From assembly GCA_963693095.2 (NCBI GenBank), contig OY843768.1, positions 1,184,001 to 1,248,000 on the forward strand: a DNA stretch of 64,000 bases. The letters are read 5' to 3'. The translations under genes and the position numbers were made by a program. The number at the start of each line of letters is the position of its first letter. Position 1 is the first letter of the stretch. The notes under the pieces were generated by a model. It was not told where the DNA came from and searched no databases. It was given only the letters and a program-made list of their open reading frames with translations. Origin of the DNA: Cenarchaeum sp. GTDB taxonomy: Archaea; Thermoproteota; Nitrososphaeria; Nitrososphaerales; Nitrosopumilaceae. Shown here one piece after another: positions 58,578 through 64,000 of the stretch.

Positions 58578-58737
58578 AGCGCAATCTTGCCCCCAGTGGG
58601 ATTGGCGGTGCGCACGCCATCGGCCAGTCTGCCCTTCCCGCAACACGCAGGCGGGCATGCATGGATGACACTAGTGTCACCACCGGTGCGGAGTCTCTGA
58701 TCCCGTTGCGTGCGCAGGGACATCACGGTCATGGCGC

Positions 58738-59979
58738 TCAACCCCTGTTCTCCTTCATCTTGATCAGCTTGTCCAATGACCCTTGCATTGTGTCCATTGA
58801 CTGATGGAGCTTGTCAAGCGTCTCGTCGGTCTTGGCCTGCCGCTCCGCCATCTCGTCAAGCTTCTCGTCGGTCTTGGCCTGCCGCTCCGCCATCTCGTCA
58901 AGCTTCTCGTCGGTCTTGGCCTGCCGCTCCCCCATCTCGTCAAGCTTCTCGTCGGTCTTGGCCATCATGGTGGCTTGCGAGTCGACCTTCTTCTCGAGGC
59001 CCGCAATGTCCGTCCTCATCTTGCCCATCATGGTGGCTTGCGAGTCGACCTTCTTCTCGAGGCCCGCAATGTCCTCCCTCATCTCGCCCATCATGGTGGC
59101 TTGCGAGTCGACCTTCTTCTCGAGGCCCGCAATGTCCTCCCTCATCTTGCCCATCATGGTGGCTTGCGAGTCGACCTTCTTCTCGAGGCCCGCAATGTCC
59201 GTCCTCATCTTGCCCATCATGGTGGCTTGCGAGTCGACCTTCTTCTCGAGGCCCGCAATGTCCGTCCTCATCTTGCCCATCATGGTGGCTTGCGAGTCGA
59301 CCTTCTTCTCGAGGCCCGCAATGTCCGTCCTCATCTTGTCCATCGTGGAGGTATGCGAGTTGACCCTCTCCCCGAGGCCCGCCATGGCCACCCTTAGGTC
59401 GCCCATCGTGCCGGCTTGCGATTTGACCGTCTCCGCAAGCCCCTTCATGTCGGCCCTCAGGTCGCCCATCGTGCCGGCTTGCAAGGTGACCCTCTCCCCG
59501 ATAGCCGCCATGGCCGTCCCTAGCGCGGACTGCCCACCGGCGAGCCCCTTTATGTCCTCCTTTAGATCGCCCATAGTGCCGACGTGCAATTCGACCGTCG
59601 TCTTGAAGCCCGAGATGTCGGCCCTGATCTGGATAATCTCCCCCTCGCGTGTATGAGACTCGTCGCAGAGGGACTTTATCGACCCATTCTGAGAATTTAC
59701 AAGGTTGATCAAGTCTTCGAGCTTGGTATTCCGGGACGCAAAGGAGGTGTTGAGTGGCCCGATATCGTCATGGATCTTTGAGATCGCCGAGTCCACACCG
59801 CCCATGCGCCTAAGAAACTCAGTGTGGTGTTCGTCAATTATGCCGGACATGGCAGCCTGTTTCGTGTTCAGCAACTCGATGCCCGATTTGGCCCCCCATA
59901 CCGTCTTGAGGAACGCCACGACTGACGTTACCCCTCCTGTCCCAAAGGCGCCCGATGCGGCCTCTGTCATGGCGACCAT
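58738..59979 (-). CDS. Long coiled-coil repeat protein
   Basis: Heptad-rich; 21-aa and 14-aa tandem repeats. Confidence 0.78.
   Translation of the reverse strand: MVAMTEAASGAFGTGGVTSVVAFLKTVWGAKSGIELLNTKQAAMSGIIDEHHTEFLRRMGGVDSAISKIHDDIGPLNTSFASRNTKLEDLINLVNSQNGSIKSLCDESHTREGEIIQIRADISGFKTTVELHVGTMGDLKEDIKGLAGGQSALGTAMAAIGERVTLQAGTMGDLRADMKGLAETVKSQAGTMGDLRVAMAGLGERVNSHTSTMDKMRTDIAGLEKKVDSQATMMGKMRTDIAGLEKKVDSQATMMGKMRTDIAGLEKKVDSQATMMGKMREDIAGLEKKVDSQATMMGEMREDIAGLEKKVDSQATMMGKMRTDIAGLEKKVDSQATMMAKTDEKLDEMGERQAKTDEKLDEMAERQAKTDEKLDEMAERQAKTDETLDKLHQSMDTMQGSLDKLIKMKENRG
58820..59340. repeat. 63-bp repeat x6 (MRTDIAGLEKKVDSQATMMGK) plus 42-bp repeat x~3.5 (AKTDEKLDEMAERQ)
   Basis: Near-identical DNA units read directly. 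Confidence 0.92.
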
Positions 59980-60122
59980 GCCAGTGGATAGGGCGTGGTG
60001 TATTTAAATTTAGCAGTATGATCTCACACTTGCTGGCCTGGATGCGCTAGAAGATTAAAATACGGTACGGGGTTGGCGCGAACCATGAGACGGGGCACCG
60101 TTGCTGCAGGGGGCAGGCGCCG

Positions 60123-60512
60123 ATGATAAACGTGCCATGGCGCGCCCAGGTCGCCGCGGCCCTCAGGAGGGACGTGCGCCTCACGGCCATAGCGCTTGGG
60201 ATAATTGCCATGAACGGCGCAGTCGCCGTGTACTATCACCAGACTGACCGGCCGCTCATGTCACTAGTCTTTATCGCGGCGATCATCATGCTCGTCATGG
60301 TCATGGCAAAGCTCCTAAACAGCCGAATCCAGAACACGCAGGTCTCGCTCATACTGGGGTACATACAGGACAGGAACCTCATCGCCGAGTGCGCCGAGTG
60401 CCGCGTTCATGCGGCAAGCTATCTCTCCGGCGGCTTCAAGTGGGGCGCTTATCGCGCGTGGGCCGCGCACATTGAGGAAAAGCACGAGCGCCACGTCGAG
60501 TATGGCATCTAG
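60123..60512 (+). CDS. Small 2-TM hypothetical protein with C-terminal CxxC..H segment
   Basis: Two hydrophobic helices; ECAECRVH..HIEEKH. Confidence 0.5.
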   Translation: MINVPWRAQVAAALRRDVRLTAIALGIIAMNGAVAVYYHQTDRPLMSLVFIAAIIMLVMVMAKLLNSRIQNTQVSLILGYIQDRNLIAECAECRVHAASYLSGGFKWGAYRAWAAHIEEKHERHVEYGI

Positions 60513-60584
60513 GGCGCTGTCCCCTTTAGGTTAAAATGGAGCCGTGCGCAGGCAGCGCGCAATGCGCACGCGGGCCGGTCTCTG

Positions 60585-61682
60585 ATGGCTTCCAAAAAGA
60601 AGGCATTTAGCGCCAAGGAGCGCCAAGAGTCGCTGATTGCGCTCTTGAGGAGGCAGGGCGAGATTATATATTCCGAGCTCGACGCAGGCGAGTTTCCAAA
60701 GTTCTCGATACCTAGCCGGTCCGTCTCAAACATAACGTACGACAAGGCCCTGCGCCAGTATATCCTCGGGGCCGGAGCCGCCGTGCGCAGCTCGCGCAAC
60801 ACGTCACAGCTACGATCCTTCACGCAGCTCATGTGGCTTGCGTTCTTTGCAAACCGCCTCACGCAGGAGAAAAAGTCCTCGACTCTTCGTGATGTCTACT
60901 ATTCGTCACAGGCCTTTGAGATCGACTTTGACAACCAGTCCGAGTCTGACAATATCATCGTCGATCTCGAGGCCATGCTCTCGCGCGCGCGCGAAGAGTT
61001 TCACATATTTCCCGAGGAGCGCAGCGCCGTCTTTGGCGACCTCGACATAGAGTATACTGTTCCCGGATACGAGGGCAAGAGGATGAACCTCTCAAACCAT
61101 CCTGACGGGTATGCAGTCGGACCTAGCCTGACTACTGCCGAGCTAGTCGAGACTAGCGCCGAGCTCGTCATTGCCATAGAAAAGGGCGGCCTCTTTACTA
61201 GGTTTGTCGAGGAGAAAGTCCACTCGCGCTTCAAGTCCATAATCGTCGACACTGGCGGGCAGGCCCCGCGCTCTACTCGCACGCTATTGCGCAGGCTCCA
61301 TGAGGAGCTCGGCCTGCCTGTCATAATACTCACTGATGGTGACGTTTATGGCGAGCACATTGCGATGGTCATAAAGTCCGGCTCGGCCAACGCCGCGCAC
61401 CTGCGCGAGCTCACGGTTCCGGACGCAAAGTGGATGGGAGTCTGGGCCACTGACATTGAAAAGCACAAGCTTCCCACGATACCGATGACAGAGGCCGACA
61501 TAAAGCGCTGCCACGACCTACGGCGCGATCCGCGCTACCAAAAGGGCATATGGAAGCGCGAGCTGGAAGAGTTTCTGAGGATAAAGCGCAAGGCCGAGCT
61601 AGAGGCGTTCTCAAAGTACGGCCTGACGAACATTACTGACAAGTACCTGCCGGCAAAGATCGAGGAATCAAGAAGCCTCTGA
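60585..61682 (+). CDS. top6A: DNA topoisomerase VI subunit A
   Basis: STLRDVYY (catalytic Tyr), IEKGG, GGQAPR, TDGDVYG, KAELEA. Confidence 0.95.
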   Translation: MASKKKAFSAKERQESLIALLRRQGEIIYSELDAGEFPKFSIPSRSVSNITYDKALRQYILGAGAAVRSSRNTSQLRSFTQLMWLAFFANRLTQEKKSSTLRDVYYSSQAFEIDFDNQSESDNIIVDLEAMLSRAREEFHIFPEERSAVFGDLDIEYTVPGYEGKRMNLSNHPDGYAVGPSLTTAELVETSAELVIAIEKGGLFTRFVEEKVHSRFKSIIVDTGGQAPRSTRTLLRRLHEELGLPVIILTDGDVYGEHIAMVIKSGSANAAHLRELTVPDAKWMGVWATDIEKHKLPTIPMTEADIKRCHDLRRDPRYQKGIWKRELEEFLRIKRKAELEAFSKYGLTNITDKYLPAKIEESRSL

Positions 61683-62141
61683 TGGGCCTATGCGCAGCGT
61701 CAGGACGCCGTTGCGGTACTTGAAGTCGTTAATCTCCATCCCGTCTGCGCCGTCTATTGGGACCTCCTTTGAAAATCCCCCGCTGCCGCGTATGTGGAGC
61801 GTCGCGCCGACTAGCCTGACTTCGATCCTAGAGTCCGGTCCGGGCACCTCGGCGACAAAGATGAACTTTTGTCCGTCCTTTATCAGGTCATAGACCCAGT
61901 TCTTTGTCTCGTGCTCCCTGCCTGCGGCAAACGTCGGCTTTTTGTCCTTTGCTATCCCCTTGAGGTGGTGGACCCAGTAGACCATCGTGATCGACGCCGC
62001 ACCGATGAGGACAAAGCTCGCAAAGCTTGCGCCAAACCTCTGCGAGAGCACATAGATGATCCCGACCATGAGGACGACTAGAACCGCGATGGCAAAGCCC
62101 ATCGACTGCTCATTGGAGTAGGTGCCCTTGTAGCTTGACAA
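61668..62141 (-). CDS. Membrane-anchored Hsp20/alpha-crystallin-like protein
   Basis: Two TM, then AEVPGP..and FKYRNGVLTLRI. Confidence 0.75.
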   Translation of the reverse strand: MSSYKGTYSNEQSMGFAIAVLVVLMVGIIYVLSQRFGASFASFVLIGAASITMVYWVHHLKGIAKDKKPTFAAGREHETKNWVYDLIKDGQKFIFVAEVPGPDSRIEVRLVGATLHIRGSGGFSKEVPIDGADGMEINDFKYRNGVLTLRIGPSEAS

Positions 62142-62255
62142 CGCGTGCGCGTGGTCGCGCCCAACAATATAAAGCGTTGCCGAGGCGGCCATGCGCCGGC
62201 CCTGTTGGGGGGTCTTGGCGCCGATCCGGGCCCTGCTGGTGGGTCTCCTGCGCCC

Positions 62256-62771
62256 CTAGGTGCGCATCACGCGCTCGTAGCTGAGCCGCTCCCAAGCCTT
62301 GTCGTTCCGCCTACGGTATGCCTCGTAGCCTGCCCTTAGGCGCTCCATGTACTCCTCGTGCCGTTCCGTGCATGCGTCGCGCTCGGCTTGGATCCACCCC
62401 ACGCGGGCGTCATGCGCGGCGCTGATTCTATCCCATGTGGCAGAGTGCTCATCAAGGCTTTGCCCCTCGCGCCTTGCGCCATCGGTGTCGAGGCGCGCCA
62501 TGTAGTCCTTGTGCTCGTCGTCGAGTCGCTCGCAATACTTGTCGTAGCGTTTCCTGTATGCCTCAGACTCGGCATCAGAGAGCTCCGTATACTCCTCGCG
62601 CCGCTCTGTGCTCTCCGCACTCAGGGCTTTGCGCCGCGCCGCGTACTCCTTGCGCACCTTATCAGCCCGGCGGCTCATCAAGTACAAAGAGATAAGAATT
62701 GCGAAGCAGCCAACCCACGCAACGAGTGTGAGGTCCAGGTTACCCGCCGTGCCGAGTGCCTCTTCGACCAC
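62256..62771 (-). CDS. N-terminal TM coiled-coil protein (divergent family member 3)
   Basis: TM followed by charged helical sequence; shares the upstream motif. Confidence 0.62.
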   Translation of the reverse strand: MVEEALGTAGNLDLTLVAWVGCFAILISLYLMSRRADKVRKEYAARRKALSAESTERREEYTELSDAESEAYRKRYDKYCERLDDEHKDYMARLDTDGARREGQSLDEHSATWDRISAAHDARVGWIQAERDACTERHEEYMERLRAGYEAYRRRNDKAWERLSYERVMRT

Positions 62772-62785
62772 GCCACCCCCTAGCC

Positions 62786-62799
62786 AATTTTTAATTTAA
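62786..62799 (-). promoter_or_regulatory. Extended TATA motif TTAAATTAAAAATT
   Basis: 14 nt upstream of GTG 62771. Confidence 0.68.
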
Positions 62800-62989
62800 G
62801 TGTATTCGCCACGCCTAGGGTGGTCAGCGCCCTCCTGCCCGCTCACGCCACGCTAGGCGCCGTTGTGGCCCAGGGCCGGCAGGATGCGCCCATTTGGCCC
62901 TGATGGGCAGTGTGGGCGTGCTGATATAATGCACGCCTAGGCACGAGATCGGCGCCTAGCGCCCACATGGGCCTACACCGAGTCGCACC

Positions 62990-63550
62990 CTAGTCCGTGT
63001 CGTCAGGCTCCGGCATGGCCGGTTTGGGCACGACCTGCCTGTACGTGGGGCGCATGGACATGAAATTGAAAAACCTGTGCAGCTCCTCAAAGCGGCCGTC
63101 GAGGCGCGCCATGCCGTTGCTGATCTTCCCCATTCCTTCGTGGACCTTGTCCATCTCCTCCTTGCGCTCCTTGCGGTCGTCCATGCGCTGCTTGTTGTGC
63201 TCCTTGCGGTCGGCCTCGCGCTGCTTGTTGCGCTCCTTGCGGTCGGCCTCGCGCTGCTCATCGCGCTCCTTGCGGTCGTCCATGCGCTGCTCAGCGCGCT
63301 CCTTGATGTCGTCCACGCGCTCCTTGTTGCGGCTGGCGATCTCGCCGTCGAGGCGGACGCACAGCTCGTCGACGCGCTCGCACACCCTGTCGATGGAACC
63401 CTTGAGCTCCTCGCGATCGGCCTTGCGCTCCTTTCTGCCCTCACGGGCGCTCTTTTTGGCCTCATAGACGACGTACGCGGCGATTCCGGCGATCGAGGCG
63501 ATCACAGGGGCGAAGGCCGTGAACGTCTCGGTGAGCGTCTCGTGGATCAC
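62990..63550 (-). CDS. Membrane-anchored 11-aa-repeat coiled-coil protein (family member 4; paralog of 17438-17959)
   Basis: TM, LDGEIASRN, DRKERNKQREA repeats, LDGRFEEL. Confidence 0.78.
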   Translation of the reverse strand: MIHETLTETFTAFAPVIASIAGIAAYVVYEAKKSAREGRKERKADREELKGSIDRVCERVDELCVRLDGEIASRNKERVDDIKERAEQRMDDRKERDEQREADRKERNKQREADRKEHNKQRMDDRKERKEEMDKVHEGMGKISNGMARLDGRFEELHRFFNFMSMRPTYRQVVPKPAMPEPDDTD

Positions 63551-63564
63551 ACCACCCCCTGAGC

Positions 63565-63578
63565 AATTTTCAATTTAA
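63565..63578 (-). promoter_or_regulatory. Extended TATA motif TTAAATTGAAAATT
   Basis: 14 nt upstream of GTG 63550. Confidence 0.7.
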
Positions 63579-63709
63579 GCATATTCGCCGAGTCGCCCGA
63601 GGCGCCATGCGTCACCAGAATGCCTGATATCGGCGTCCTGCGGGGCCATGGGCGGCGGATCTGCGCATAAAATGGCCGGATATGGGCGCACTAGCTGCGG
63701 ATCTGCGCG

Positions 63710-64000
63710 CTAGCCTTCCGTGCTCTCGTCGTCGTCCTCGGCGGGGCGCATCTCGGGATAGAGCTCTAGCATGGCTAGCTCGGCGAGGTTTATCTCACTC
63801 GCAATCCTCTCCTGCAGGCGCTCAAGATACACCTGGCGGTCCTCGGGCTCCGGCGAGGCGACGTACGGGGGCTCGGCCTCAGGCAGCGCGACTTTGATGC
63901 CCATGAGGCGCAGGTACTCCTCGGCGATGGCCTGCTCCTTTTCGAGAATCTCATCAAAGAGTGCGGTCCCGCGCGAGGCGCCATGCGAGGTCAGGCGGTT
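63710..64000 (-). CDS. Partial hypothetical protein (starts beyond the window)
   Basis: Frame is open from the window end to the stop at 63710. Confidence 0.5.
   Translation of the reverse strand, partial: NRLTSHGASRGTALFDEILEKEQAIAEEYLRLMGIKVALPEAEPPYVASPEPEDRQVYLERLQERIASEINLAELAMLELYPEMRPAEDDDESTEG

Noticed and set aside
18047-58592. 11-bp match CAATCTTGCCC near both outer ends, as possible att sites
   Set aside because: Too short; expected by chance in 64 kb; would enclose core genes
58820-59340. Possible CRISPR or iteron array
   Set aside because: Unit lengths are multiples of 21 bp, coding, with no spacers

Overview
GC-rich archaeal chromosome, most consistent with Nitrososphaerota/Nitrosopumilaceae, possibly Cenarchaeum-like or host-associated. 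This rests on the archaeal information genes, a CFI-box-CTERM cupredoxin protein and TSP3-repeat proteins; the taxonomy is inference. Housekeeping blocks: JAMM protease, hppA, tRNA-Gly(CCC), DUF359 dephospho-CoA kinase, Mrp, rpoE'/spt4, nadC/nadA/aspartate dehydrogenase, nurA-herA-mre11-rad50, corA, tyw1, rdgB, bud32, top6A. Main accessory feature: a ~25 kb module (33.9-58.5 kb) that combines conjugation-type T4SS parts with an archaeal type IV pilus. The T4SS parts are VirB4-, VirB6-, PrgI/VirB3- and possibly VirB2-like. The pilus parts are a TadA/VirB11 ATPase, a TadC platform and several class III pilins; there are also large surface proteins and a secreted, apparently inactive thermonuclease domain. 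A detached block at 18.2-22.6 kb carries a TFB-like, ParB-like, wHTH, prepilin-peptidase and ArdC-like gene. I see no integrase, relaxase or VirD4, so this may be an immobilised ICE or a domesticated DNA-transfer system. Other notable features: a shared extended promoter motif (TTAWATYRAAAATT-N14-GTG) before five dispersed accessory genes, a family of membrane-anchored 11-residue coiled-coil proteins, matched triplications in both arms of Rad50, a mosaic triplet of TSP3 genes, and an 11-6-11 inverted repeat at the right edge of the module. All family assignments come from motif recognition by eye; no searches were run.
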